NCBI GenBank assembly: GCA_030770535.1
Contig: JASVEC010000003.1
Location: forward strand, 1,426,001 to 1,490,000
Length of the DNA: 64,000 nucleotides
Reading direction: 5' to 3'
Source: Batkoa obscura
Lineage: Eukaryota
The position numbers and the translations under genes were made by a program. Under the pieces are notes generated by a model. It searched no databases. It saw nothing but the letters and a program-made list of their open reading frames with translations, and was not told the DNA's origin. Position 1 is the stretch's first letter. Each line of letters begins with the position of its first letter. Below are positions 1 to 11,012 of the stretch, piece after piece.

Positions 1-1099
1 GGTTGTAAACTCAAGTTTTAAGCTAGGCAAAGTAAATATAATGTCATCAATTGACGAAATAGGAGGACGAGAAGTAAACCCTATTGATAGTAAAAATCTC
101 AATCTCTCAATATCAAATTGATGTTATCAAGATAAATTTAACAATAATAGGCTAAAGGAATATTTAAAACTATAAATACACTGCTAACTATTTAAATTAG
201 TTTATGACGATTTTAATTGTTAAAGGATCAATAATAGGTTAAAAAAATTAGCTTAATCAAGCTTATAATATTTTTTATTAATATCAAGATAACACGGTTA
301 TTTTTGTTTAAGTGTACCTTTTCTAAAGTAATGACTATATGTTCTATGGTAGCTTTGTTAAAATAATCATAATAAACTTTAGACTGTATTAGGTACTCAC
401 AAAAATAGATGATAAAACCGCTAAACCGGATAATGCTTTAGCTTATTATTTTTTGGTTTAGCCTTTAACTTATTATACTCTACTTTAAATGCAGCAAAGA
501 TCACAATTTTTAAAATAATTGTTACTATATGCGCTAATATATGGGGGTGTCCGAATTGGTTTCATTTTTTTATCCAATTTTTAAATTATTTTATTATAAT
601 TTATATTGTAAGTTAGCGGAATTTCTATCAAATTTAGTATAAATTCCTGAATTAGCAAGGCTTTTACCAATATAGCCTATATAATGATATTAATCAAAGT
701 TGTAATATGTAAATAAATATATATTTTTATAAAACTTTATTAAGAAATATTTGTTATTAACTGTTTTACAGCCAACATTGCAGATTTACTATCAAATAAA
801 TAAACAATTTTAATGTTATAATTACATTATTAATATATCGCTAAGTTAATGAATAGCTGCATGAGAGGGAGCGGTTAGCCCCAAAACTATAATTAACCAT
901 CCCTATGTAATACAAGCAGTATAATAATAGTTTTTACTTATTATTATAACTACTTGCTCTTTAACTATTTATTAACTTAGCTATTAATAATTTAAGCAAT
1001 ATTAACATTTAATAATTGATTTCTATCATCTAATAAACTACTTACTTGCTTACTAAATATTGAAACTTTTAAATTTTCAGTTATTTTTGTAAGATAAGC

Positions 1100-1567
1100 T
1101 GTGAAATATTGCTTTATTTAGCTCTCGGATTGATTATAACGCAACAATCACTTAAGTTGCTGTGTTCTCAAGTTCAAATACAATCAAGTCAGAGTCCCTT
1201 ATTTTGATTTGCTGCGAGAATTTCTAACTTCATATTGCAAGGAATAACATCCTCTCGTATTAATATCCATATTTATTGGAGTATAAAAGAGATTCTTCAA
1301 TATGATAACTCCAGGTTTTTTTTTAATTGGATTACTCCCTGATAACGTATCATTAATAAAGTCACTAAGTCTTTCTGACAACATCTGATATAGATTTTAT
1401 AGTAGTATCTTCCATTGTATTTGTTTTACATAATTTGTAGCTTACTACATACTATTTCTATTAAGTTAAGTCTACCTTAGTTATATAAACTAAGACCCTT
1501 CGACTCAAGGCAAGTTAATTAAGCAAGAGTAGCTTTTAACTTCGGCCACTAAGTATCAACTTTCACA
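1100..1567 (+). repeat. 5' LTR
   Basis: TGTGAAA...TTTCACA termini; no difference from 8284-8751 found by eye. Confidence 0.97.
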
Positions 1568-1569
1568 CT

Positions 1570-1587
1570 TGGCGCTCATAGCTGGGA
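1570..1587 (+). promoter_or_regulatory. Primer-binding site complementary to the tRNA-Asn(GTT) 3' end
   Basis: TGGCGCTCATAGCTGGGA 2 nt after the LTR; reverse complement of this window's tRNA-Asn 3' end plus CCA is TGGCGCTCATAACTGGGA (17/18, the mismatch is a G-U pair). Confidence 0.93.
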
Positions 1588-1685
1588 AAGCTCCTATAAC
1601 TACACTAGGTAGCCTTTATAGCCTTTCCTTTACGGTTCTTACCGCGTAACCACCCCAACCCTCCAATCCCCTTAATTCACAGACT

Positions 1686-4187
1686 ATGATCAACAATAGC
1701 CTCATACCCTATTTTGCTGACTCAAGATATCTCCTTGATAACCGTCAACAATTGACTATCACTGAATATGACATGGGTAGTAGTGATGAAGAAGAAGCTA
1801 GTGTTCTGACCCCAGAAATAGACACTGCTGCTTTAAATCAAGCTGCCCTACCTCCTCATGTTGTAAGCTCGGTCGTTACCTATGGAGCTGTTCCTATGCA
1901 CGTTCTTAATGGTGATCTCTCTGCTTGGAGACAATACCAAAGTAGTAGCTCCAGTACCCAAATTACTTTTCGTGCTCAGTACCAAACGGTACCTACCCTT
2001 TCCCACGTTCAACAATATTTAGTAGAGTTCTTGCACAACAAACTCATCCAGATGGTTGGTGAACTCAACCGTCTCTCAACTCACAATAATGAATTGTCTA
2101 CCTCTTTAAGCTCGCTTCTAGGTACGGTTAATAATCTCTCCATGGTCATCAACCAAAACAATGATGTCATCACCCCATCAAATGAATTCCATACCAGTAA
2201 GTTTAATGAATTCAACCAAAGGCTCAATGATACTGTTAGTTATGAAGTATATAGAGATTTGGCAAGAGAAGTAGGAGACTTCAAGGCTGAATTGCATCAG
2301 CTTGATACTGCCTTACATTCCGAACTCATTAAGATCTCTGACGAGATCAACCTTTCCCTCACTGAGATCAATGACCATACTGCTCAAAGGATCTCAGATA
2401 TCGACGGAAAAGTGAAAATCACTTTTGCAGAACTTAATAGATCGTTGATGACTAGATTCACCGAGTATAATCATCGTTTATCCTATGTTGAGCAATCCCC
2501 TGCGTCTGCATCAGCCAAAGATGCCAGAATCTTGGCTTTAGAACAAGATTTAGCTGCTTGTAATGTACAACTGACTCAACAAGTGACCACCATTAGCCAG
2601 CTCATCACTTCCAATAATAATTTGAAGGAACAAATTAGATTAGATAAAGAGCAGTCAGCGGCTGACTGGGAAGAAATTTCGCGTAATATACAGAGTACCA
2701 AGGAAGAGCTTATTATTCTTCAAACTAAGGTAGCTTCCAATACCAGCCAAATCAAGGCATCTTCTTGTAATTGTAGAAAGGAACGTATCGCTGTTTCAGC
2801 ACCTCACTCCAGACTCTCGACTTATAGAGATGTTCCGAGATATAATATGTATGATCTAGGTGATGGTACCACAGAATCTATTCTTGACACTGAATATCAA
2901 ATGAACCCTAAGTATCGTGGTTCTATTCACTTGGTACAACCGGATGATCAACCCAAGAAAGGAGAAAGTCCACCTCAATTACTTCCTAGAATGACCACTG
3001 CACCTACTGATGGTATTTACTCAAGAAACCCTGCTACAGGATCTAATGCTGAGCCAATAAGATCTCATGTACAACCCTATGCTGAAGTTAACCTGGACAA
3101 TCCTTTTAACAATAGTAACAAAAACAAGTTGCCATATATTGCTCCAAAAATCACTCAACATGTACCCTATGAGCAATCTTCATCTCACTACGTACAACCC
3201 GAGCGGATTCCTGTTCAAAATAACTATGGTATATCACATAATAATCATGACGCCTATTATGGCCATCCTGGACCTTCTGGTAACAATCTAAACCCGCATA
3301 GCTTCTCAACATACCCCCACAATTATCCGAGAAGCTCCCAACCCGTTAATACCAAGTTTAATTTTAGTCTCCTATTCAATCCAAATGAAATCACTGCTAC
3401 TACTTTCATCAAAGCGCTAGAAGTTCATCTTGATGCCAACAATTGGACCTACGAGTGTCGCCCTCAATGTCTCTTAGGTCAGCTTCAAACAAACGAGCTT
3501 TCCTGGTGTATGACCCTACCTGATGACTTACGCAGTAACTGGAACTCTTTTAAAAAGGCATTCATAGATCACTATGATTCCGATGTAAAAATGGAAGCAA
3601 AAAAGGCAGCCCTTTTATCTTTACGACTAGACGATGAAAGCAAACTTGAAAATTACATTGCAAACGTAAAAAATCGTGCTAATGCTTTAATTTCCTGTGG
3701 GAAGTTAAGCGTTACAGACCTCCGCCTGGCCTTCCAACGAAACCTTCCAAGTCACATCGCACGTCTTTTTCTAGACCCTCATCATAATATCACCAATATT
3801 ACTCAGATGATAGAGATTTTAGAGCTATACCTCGGAAGTCCAAAAAGCGAAGTTAAATCCAAGAAACTATACGTTAATCATATAGATAAAGAAACGGACA
3901 ACAACGAATATCTTCATTGCTTTGCCATTACACAACAGCACTACTCCAACCATCGTAAATCTCGAGTATTTACTGGATGCTGGAACTGTGGTGAACATGG
4001 ACATATTGCCGTCAATTGTATTGAACCAAAGCCAGAAAATGGTATTTTTAAATATTACTTTGAAAAAAATGTTCGCAATAGTAAACATTTTAACAAAAAT
4101 AAACAAGTTAATCACCTCAATTATAATTATAATGATGGTGACACTGAAAAGTTTGTTGACCCCAACAGCGAGTCAAAAAACTTCTAA
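1686..4187 (+). CDS. gag: Gag (833 aa) with long N-terminal coiled-coil region and CCHC zinc knuckle
   Basis: Retrotransposon capsid-like segment (W..FKKAFIDHY) and CWNCGEHGHIAVNC knuckle; lies between PBS and pol. Confidence 0.93.
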   Translation: MINNSLIPYFADSRYLLDNRQQLTITEYDMGSSDEEEASVLTPEIDTAALNQAALPPHVVSSVVTYGAVPMHVLNGDLSAWRQYQSSSSSTQITFRAQYQTVPTLSHVQQYLVEFLHNKLIQMVGELNRLSTHNNELSTSLSSLLGTVNNLSMVINQNNDVITPSNEFHTSKFNEFNQRLNDTVSYEVYRDLAREVGDFKAELHQLDTALHSELIKISDEINLSLTEINDHTAQRISDIDGKVKITFAELNRSLMTRFTEYNHRLSYVEQSPASASAKDARILALEQDLAACNVQLTQQVTTISQLITSNNNLKEQIRLDKEQSAADWEEISRNIQSTKEELIILQTKVASNTSQIKASSCNCRKERIAVSAPHSRLSTYRDVPRYNMYDLGDGTTESILDTEYQMNPKYRGSIHLVQPDDQPKKGESPPQLLPRMTTAPTDGIYSRNPATGSNAEPIRSHVQPYAEVNLDNPFNNSNKNKLPYIAPKITQHVPYEQSSSHYVQPERIPVQNNYGISHNNHDAYYGHPGPSGNNLNPHSFSTYPHNYPRSSQPVNTKFNFSLLFNPNEITATTFIKALEVHLDANNWTYECRPQCLLGQLQTNELSWCMTLPDDLRSNWNSFKKAFIDHYDSDVKMEAKKAALLSLRLDDESKLENYIANVKNRANALISCGKLSVTDLRLAFQRNLPSHIARLFLDPHHNITNITQMIEILELYLGSPKSEVKSKKLYVNHIDKETDNNEYLHCFAITQQHYSNHRKSRVFTGCWNCGEHGHIAVNCIEPKPENGIFKYYFEKNVRNSKHFNKNKQVNHLNYNYNDGDTEKFVDPNSESKNF

Positions 4188-4218
4188 GTGGGAGGGTAAA
4201 TGAGGATCCCCCTTCCAC
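4175..4218 (+). promoter_or_regulatory. -1 programmed ribosomal frameshift signal
   Basis: A_AAA_AAC heptamer in gag phase at 4175-4181; 6-nt spacer; stem GTGGGAGGG (4188-4196) / CCCTTCCAC (4210-4218); the -1 frame is open into pol. Confidence 0.85.
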
Positions 4219-7200
4219 GAAATCAAAAATTCCTCCTGATCCAGATGAAAGCACTGAATTAGACTTCGAAATTAACACGCTTTCAAAATTTGACCCCTCT
4301 ACCCTCATCCTAGCACTACCTTCCAAAATTCGTGGCAGACCCAAGAAGAAAAAGGTTCCCGTCGTTGAAATTCCTAAAGTCATTCCACGTCGAATTGATA
4401 AGTCACCTGATAACTCTATCAATGCCCCTGATTCTGCCTTGATAAATGAAATTGCTAAACCTTACATTTCACAATTATCCGATTTATCCAAACTGTCCCT
4501 TACACAAAGTGAACTAGATAATACACACCAGTGGTTAACTAATGTTACCATCCCAATTCCTCTAGACAAAATCCTAACTGGAGAATCAGACTTAGCAATT
4601 GCATTTAGAAACATCATTAGAGAATATCAGAATCCAAATAAACAGATCCTCTTAGTAAACCTCGATGCCAAAGCCAACTCCACCGATTGTACTTACATTA
4701 ATGCGTCGATTTACAAAAAAAATGTGCGTATAATATTAGATAGCGGAGCTCCCATCAATTTCATATCGAGTCGTCTGGTAAAACGATTACCCTTTAAACC
4801 GGATATAGATTGTTCGGACACCTTCGGTACAGCCGGAACCGGAACCGTCACGGCACTAGGAGCATACTCATCAATCCCTATTAAGTTTGGAAAGCTAACT
4901 TTAGCCTTTCCAGCGATAGTGTTGGAAAGCGAAGGTTACGACTTCCTCCTAGGCACCGAATTCTTTGTGAAACATGGTTGCCAATTATTGTACGATCAAA
5001 ATATCTTAAAAGTATTAGATCAATCCATTCCAATGTACTACAATAAGCCAAGGAACCTAACCATTAACAACATAAGCAACAAAACTCCTGACTGTCGTAT
5101 AATGAGCTATCGGACTAACAATAAATCAGTTGACGTTACTCTCTGCGGATTAGAATCTGTGATTTATCAATATCCAGATATAGCATATAAGCAGTCTGGA
5201 ATCCCCATTATTTCCCCTAAGAACTTACTAATACCGCCTAAATCACAGGTAGTACTAGACACCGAAATCTCATTATGGGTACCTAAGGAGTTCCATCTAT
5301 CTATATACAGTATAGAAAGTGTTTCAAGATTAGAACCTCTAACTATGCCCGGGATTTTAGGTAATAACATGAATGAGACTATAAAACTACTGCTTGCCAA
5401 CATTACCGAAAAAGATATCAAAATCTCTAGAGGTCAACAGGTTGGTACAATCCACGTAGAAAATAACATTGTGATTAATACTTTCAGTAAATTTGCAACA
5501 CTAGAAGAATTCCAAATTTATGAAGAAGCCCCTAATAACCAAACCCTGTTTGTTGAGAAAGACACTATTAAACATCTAAACCCAGATGAACAACTTCAAT
5601 TTTATAAATTGCTGGAAGAATATAAAGACGTCTTTGCAACTTCAGAAGAAGATATTGGCTGTGCCCGCAATACTAAACATAAAGTATATACATGTGATTC
5701 ACTACCTGTTGCAACTAAAGCATATCGTAAATCTCAGTCTGAACTTAAGGCAGAACGAGAAGAAGTCCAAAAACTTTTAAGATTAGGTTTGATTATCCCT
5801 TCAAATAGTCCATGGGCCTCTCCCCTTATGATTGTTAAGAAAAAAGATGGAACTAATAGAGTAGTTATGGACTATAGGAAACTCAACAAAATCACAAAGA
5901 AGGATGTATATCCACTACCCAGAATAGATGATGCTGTTGACCGCTTACAAGGTGCAAAATACTTTTCAGCAATGGATCTAATCTCAGGATACTGGCAGGT
6001 AGAAATGGATCCGGAAGACCAAGAGAAATGCGCTTTGATTACTTCCGAAGGACTATTTCAACCAACGAGGATGCCACAAGGCCTTTCAAACGCTCCTGCT
6101 ACACTCCAACGTCTTATGGATAATACACTAGGTGATCTTAAGCTCTCATGTGTACTAATTTACTTAGACGACTTGAATGTGTTCTCGAAGACTTTCGTGG
6201 ATCACCTAAATCACCTTAAAGCAGTATTCGAACGTCTTCGCCAAGCTAACTTAAAGTTAAAGCCAAAAAAATGCTCATTTTTCCAAACTAGTCTGGAATT
6301 TTTAGGCTACAAGGTCTCTGACAAAGGTTTAGCTCCTATTCCTAATAAATTAGATGCAGTAAAAGAGCTTTTCCCCCCAACTACGATGAGAGAAGTACAA
6401 GTATTCCTCGGACTAATGAATTACTACCGAAGATTTATAAAAGATTTTTCGAACTTAGCCACTCCACTATTCCAATTGTTAAAGAAAGAAGTCAAGTTTC
6501 AATGGAAAGAAGAACACCAACAAGCCTTTGAAGAACTTCGCGATAAGCTGCTTAACGCCCCAGTGTTGATGTTTCCAAATTTCTCAAAGCCCTTCTCCCT
6601 GCATACCGACGCTAGCCTAACGGCAGTTGGAGGTGTTTTAAGTCAACTGGATGATGACAACTGCGAGCATCCAATAGCTTATACCTCTAGAACCTTATCG
6701 AAGCATGAGAGGAATTACACTACGACAGAGAAGGAATGCCTTGCAATTATTCATGCTATAAAGGCATTTAGACCGTATATCTATGGCACTCACTTTACTG
6801 TTATTACCGACCATGTTTCCCTAAAGTGGTTATATTCAATCACTAATCCTGAAGGACGTCTAGCTAGGTGGGCTCTAAAACTACAATCGTATAGTTTTGA
6901 TATAGTATATAAGCCAGGTAAAGATCACCAAAATGCAGATGGGCTTAGTAGGTTACCCAGGATCTGTCTAGCCACCCCCATAGATGATGATTTGTACAAC
7001 CTATTGGGTAATAAAAATAAGTGGCCGCAACAACAACCTGAGCTTAAACAATGGCTTGAGAAAAATGCCCAGAATATCATTGTCAAAAGTAATGCATTGT
7101 ACAAAAAGATTAAAGGAACATATATTCCGTATATTAAGCCTTCTTCGCGGCTATCTGCATGTCAACAGTTTCACAATGTGATCTGCGGGCATTCAGCCTT

Positions 7201-8197
7201 CCAAAAAACATATGACACCATGAAAGTTTCCTGCTATTGGGAATCAATGATACCAGACTTAGAAGACTTCATAAATAATTGTGATGTTTGTAAAAGAGAA
7301 CAAAGTAGGATAAAAGTAACAGCTTACAAGTTTATTTTACCTAAACATGCATTCCACACGGTAAGTATAGATGTGATAGGCCCTCTTTGTGAAGCTTCTT
7401 CAGTAAGAGGAAATAAGTATATCGTTGTAGCTATAGACCATCTAACTAAGTGGGTTGAAGCTAGAGCAATACCAAACCAGACTTCCTTCCACATATCTAA
7501 ATTTATATATGAAGATATTATTTGTAGACATGGAAGCCCACAGGTGATACTTACCGATAATGCTGCCAATTTTGTTAATCTAGTTCTCCCAAAATTAGCC
7601 AGACTAATGGCCATAAGACATTCTACTGCAGCTCCGTATCATCCAGAAACTAATGGAATGGTTGAGAGAGTAAACGGTACACTAATACGTATACTAAGAA
7701 AACTAGCTTTTGACAAAACTAGCTGTTGGGATGAATATCTACATTCCGCTATTTTAGCATATAGATATTCAGTACACAGTATTACTAAAAAGTCTCCTTT
7801 TATTATGCTTTATGGGAGACACCCTGGGCTCCCCATATCTTTTGCCCCTTTAATCGCTAAACAAGGCGAGATAAGCCCTGACATATACTTGGCTAAACTA
7901 ACAAAAAAATTGATAGCTATCCAAGTTGAAGCCTTTAACGCATTAACAGATTCGAAGATAAAGAGGTATCAGCAAGATATGTCCAGACTTCCTAGTCTAG
8001 CCACTTTCAAGGTAGGAGATATTGTTTATTTGTATCCTTCCTACAACCAACCTAGAAAAAATAAACTGGCACTGAAATGGGACGGACCATATGAAATCAT
8101 ACATAAACACTTGTATGATAGCTATTCGATTAAACATAAAGGAACAAGCGTCATTTATAATCGAGTCCATGCCAAGTTTCTCAAATCAGCAATGTGA
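4181..8197 (+). CDS. pol: Pol polyprotein (aspartic protease, dUTPase-like, RT, RNase H, integrase), likely expressed as Gag-Pol
   Basis: ILDSGA protease; YPLPRIDD and YLDD RT; TDAS/EKECLA RNase H; HHCC plus D-D-E integrase with GPY motif; frame open from 4181, upstream of the listed TTG at 4439. Confidence 0.97.
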   Translation, partial: LLSGRVNEDPPSTKSKIPPDPDESTELDFEINTLSKFDPSTLILALPSKIRGRPKKKKVPVVEIPKVIPRRIDKSPDNSINAPDSALINEIAKPYISQLSDLSKLSLTQSELDNTHQWLTNVTIPIPLDKILTGESDLAIAFRNIIREYQNPNKQILLVNLDAKANSTDCTYINASIYKKNVRIILDSGAPINFISSRLVKRLPFKPDIDCSDTFGTAGTGTVTALGAYSSIPIKFGKLTLAFPAIVLESEGYDFLLGTEFFVKHGCQLLYDQNILKVLDQSIPMYYNKPRNLTINNISNKTPDCRIMSYRTNNKSVDVTLCGLESVIYQYPDIAYKQSGIPIISPKNLLIPPKSQVVLDTEISLWVPKEFHLSIYSIESVSRLEPLTMPGILGNNMNETIKLLLANITEKDIKISRGQQVGTIHVENNIVINTFSKFATLEEFQIYEEAPNNQTLFVEKDTIKHLNPDEQLQFYKLLEEYKDVFATSEEDIGCARNTKHKVYTCDSLPVATKAYRKSQSELKAEREEVQKLLRLGLIIPSNSPWASPLMIVKKKDGTNRVVMDYRKLNKITKKDVYPLPRIDDAVDRLQGAKYFSAMDLISGYWQVEMDPEDQEKCALITSEGLFQPTRMPQGLSNAPATLQRLMDNTLGDLKLSCVLIYLDDLNVFSKTFVDHLNHLKAVFERLRQANLKLKPKKCSFFQTSLEFLGYKVSDKGLAPIPNKLDAVKELFPPTTMREVQVFLGLMNYYRRFIKDFSNLATPLFQLLKKEVKFQWKEEHQQAFEELRDKLLNAPVLMFPNFSKPFSLHTDASLTAVGGVLSQLDDDNCEHPIAYTSRTLSKHERNYTTTEKECLAIIHAIKAFRPYIYGTHFTVITDHVSLKWLYSITNPEGRLARWALKLQSYSFDIVYKPGKDHQNADGLSRLPRICLATPIDDDLYNLLGNKNKWPQQQPELKQWLEKNAQNIIVKSNALYKKIKGTYIPYIKPSSRLSACQQFHNVICGHSAFQKTYDTMKVSCYWESMIPDLEDFINNCDVCKREQSRIKVTAYKFILPKHAFHTVSIDVIGPLCEASSVRGNKYIVVAIDHLTKWVEARAIPNQTSFHISKFIYEDIICRHGSPQVILTDNAANFVNLVLPKLARLMAIRHSTAAPYHPETNGMVERVNGTLIRILRKLAFDKTSCWDEYLHSAILAYRYSVHSITKKSPFIMLYGRHPGLPISFAPLIAKQGEISPDIYLAKLTKKLIAIQVEAFNALTDSKIKRYQQDMSRLPSLATFKVGDIVYLYPSYNQPRKNKLALKWDGPYEIIHKHLYDSYSIKHKGTSVIYNRVHAKFLKSAM

Positions 8198-8272
8198 TTC
8201 AATGAGTACAATTCGTAACTAGTCAAATTGCTCTTGGTAAGTAAATCATAAAAATTCACTACATCAAATCAT

Positions 8273-8283
8273 AGGGAGGGAAA
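8273..8283 (+). promoter_or_regulatory. Polypurine tract
   Basis: AGGGAGGGAAA immediately before the 3' LTR. Confidence 0.9.
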
Positions 8284-8751
8284 TGTGAAATATTGCTTTA
8301 TTTAGCTCTCGGATTGATTATAACGCAACAATCACTTAAGTTGCTGTGTTCTCAAGTTCAAATACAATCAAGTCAGAGTCCCTTATTTTGATTTGCTGCG
8401 AGAATTTCTAACTTCATATTGCAAGGAATAACATCCTCTCGTATTAATATCCATATTTATTGGAGTATAAAAGAGATTCTTCAATATGATAACTCCAGGT
8501 TTTTTTTTAATTGGATTACTCCCTGATAACGTATCATTAATAAAGTCACTAAGTCTTTCTGACAACATCTGATATAGATTTTATAGTAGTATCTTCCATT
8601 GTATTTGTTTTACATAATTTGTAGCTTACTACATACTATTTCTATTAAGTTAAGTCTACCTTAGTTATATAAACTAAGACCCTTCGACTCAAGGCAAGTT
8701 AATTAAGCAAGAGTAGCTTTTAACTTCGGCCACTAAGTATCAACTTTCACA
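8284..8751 (+). repeat. 3' LTR
   Basis: Copy of 1100-1567. Confidence 0.97.
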
Positions 8752-9120
8752 AAGCTGGGGTTGACCTTTTAATTTTTCTATTTTCTATAGACTCTATAAC
8801 TTTAATTGAAATTATATCGCTTTTTTTTTATCTATCAGATACTGGATAACAGTGTAGTTTATTACCACGTTTAATAAAATGCAGATACTTTTTAATACCT
8901 TGTATTTTTATTATTTTTTTCGTATCTTTGTTTCTTTCCATACTTTTTAAAAATTATGTTTGTTTTCCCGTTACTAACAGTTGGATTGTTAATTCTATTA
9001 TGTTCACAAATAAAAATCTCAAATTTTGAAATCAATTGATCAATATCTTCTATTTTACCTAATGCTTCAAAATTATTTTTCCATTGTGAAAGATTTCCAA
9101 AATGTCCGTCAACTATACTT

Positions 9121-9582
9121 TGTGGAAGTTGGTACTCAGTGGTAGGAGTTAAAAACAGTTCTTGGTTGGTTAACTTGCCTTGAGTCGAACGGTCTTAGTT
9201 TATGTAACTAAGATAGACTTAAATGAATAGGAATAATACGTAATAAATTACGAACTATGTAAAACAAATAGAATAGACAATACTACTGTAAAATCTACCT
9301 AAGATGTTGTCAGAAGGACTTAGTGGCTTTATTAATAGTACGATATCAGGGAGTAATTCAATTAAAAAGCCTCGAGTTATCATATTGAAGAATCTCTTTT
9401 ATACTCCAATAAGTATGGATATTAAAAGGAGATAATATTGTTTGCAATATGAAGTTAGAAATTCTCGCAGCAAATCAAAACAAGGGATTCTGGTTTGATT
9501 GTGTTTGAACTTGAGAACACAACAACTTAAGTGATTGTTGTGTTATAATTAATCCGAGAGCTAAATAAAGCAATATTTCACA
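9121..9582 (-). mobile_element. Solo LTR of the same family (diverged)
   Basis: Reverse-complement match along the LTR length; ACTT flanks both sides (9117-9120, 9583-9586). Confidence 0.93.
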
Positions 9583-9838
9583 ACTTTTTCCATGATTCTC
9601 AGCAAAAAAATTAAGATCAATATTTAAACTATTATTTATTTTATAAGTTTCTTCAAGTATATGATGTAAAAACTCTTGAGATTCAAAATGATTTCCTGTA
9701 TCTACTCATATATTAATTTTTGGGAACTTTTTAAATAAAGGCTCTTTAGACATTAAATCAATTAAACAGTCTCCTGCATATGCTGAATCATGATTTAATA
9801 TTTCAGATAAATAATCAAAATAAACTTTGCCTATTATT

Positions 9839-9940
9839 TTAAGTCTATCTTAGTTACATAAACTAAGACCTTTTGACTCACGGCCAGTTAACTAAGCTAG
9901 AACTGCTTTTAACTTCTACCACTGAGTACCAACCTTCACA
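9839..9940 (+). mobile_element. 3' fragment of LTR
   Basis: Matches the last ~100 bp of the LTR, ending AACCTTCACA. Confidence 0.85.
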
Positions 9941-10099
9941 AACATATAATTTAAAAAATTTAAAAATTAAAAAAAGTCTTTGAAGTTAAATTTTTATTTT
10001 TAAATTTAGCTAATCATACATTAAAGACTTACAAATTTGAAAACTTAAAATTTGGATTAATTTCTAGTTAAATTCTGGAACTAATTTGGACATCCACAT

Positions 10100-10197
10100 G
10101 GGGGTATTTTTTTGGCTTTATCACTTTTTCCATCTTTTAAGCGCTATTTGAATGGGAAAATTGTTTGTAAGATTCTTAAACACAAAAGTACATCCCC
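10100..10197 (+). mobile_element. ~97-bp MITE copy
   Basis: GGGGG...CATCCCC termini, family core TTTTAAGCGCTATTTGA. Confidence 0.9.
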
Positions 10198-10373
10198 ATA
10201 TGTACAATATACTTTATATTATTGATTAAATTTTAGTTTAATTTCTATCAAATACAAAATGCTTTAAAATAAATATTATATTGATAATTTTGTTATGATA
10301 TTAGGTTGAAAACATTAACTAAATCTATTTAATAATAATTTTAGTAAAAAAAGGACTCGTTATAAACAATGTA

Positions 10374-10446
10374 TGCTCCGTATAGGGCTTGAACCTATGA
10401 CCTTAGCGTTATTAGCACCACGCTCTGCCAACTGAGCTAACGGAGC
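10374..10446 (-). tRNA. tRNA-Ile(AAT)
   Basis: 73-nt cloverleaf, anticodon loop CTAATAA, T-loop GTTCAA. Confidence 0.96.
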
Positions 10447-11012
10447 ATTTTTAATTATAGTTGGGATCATATCTTAAAAATAATTTATATTTAATAATTT
10501 AACCTTTAAAAACAGTAGTGATTATTAGCAATGCTTCTGCCTTTAGTTTTTTGTTGTATTCATTGACTTTTAAGGGTACAGATTATTATTGACATTTCAT
10601 TTGTATTGATAGTCCTTGTTTTATTAAATTGTAAGCGTAGTAATAGTGAGTATTTTAAAGCTACTAATTCAGGTTTAAATACATATGTGATTAGTTTATT
10701 TTAAATAAAATATAGAAAAGTTATATTAAAATTGAATATTTATTCTATGGTTAGTAAAGTTAAAAATAAAATGATGTTTATTATTATTGATAATTTTTAT
10801 ATTAGTATAATAAGGATAGGCTATTTGCTATACTTGACCATCTCTAAAGCAATGCCAATAGTATAAATATTAAAAGGCATATCAATATAAATACATATAT
10901 TAATTTATTTTATTTTATTAAAAAGAGCATAAGACCAATAATAAATCAATACATTTGAAAATAAATATAACCTTTTAATTAAATAATAATAACAACAAAT
11001 TAAAAAATCCAT

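Larger units (their letters stand above)
1100..8751 (+). mobile_element. Full-length Ty3/Gypsy LTR retrotransposon (LTR-PBS-gag-pol-PPT-LTR)
   Basis: Two 468-bp direct repeats starting TGTGAAA and ending TTTCACA; AAGC flanks both ends (1096-1099, 8752-8755); domain order PR-RT-RH-IN; PBS and PPT present. Confidence 0.98.

Noticed and set aside
540..600. ATGGGGGTGTCCGAATT end, with a similar inverted motif at ~10080-10099, as a second MITE family
   Set aside because: Only isolated degenerate ends; cannot delimit an element
1199..1384. 61-aa minus-strand ORF repeated at 8383-8568 (related ORF 63330-63548)
   Set aside because: Lies inside the LTR, so repetition reflects LTR duplication; frame not conserved in the solo LTRs
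3067..7614. Short alternative-frame and antisense ORFs inside gag/pol
   Set aside because: Shadows of the long ORFs; no env-like or other recognisable features
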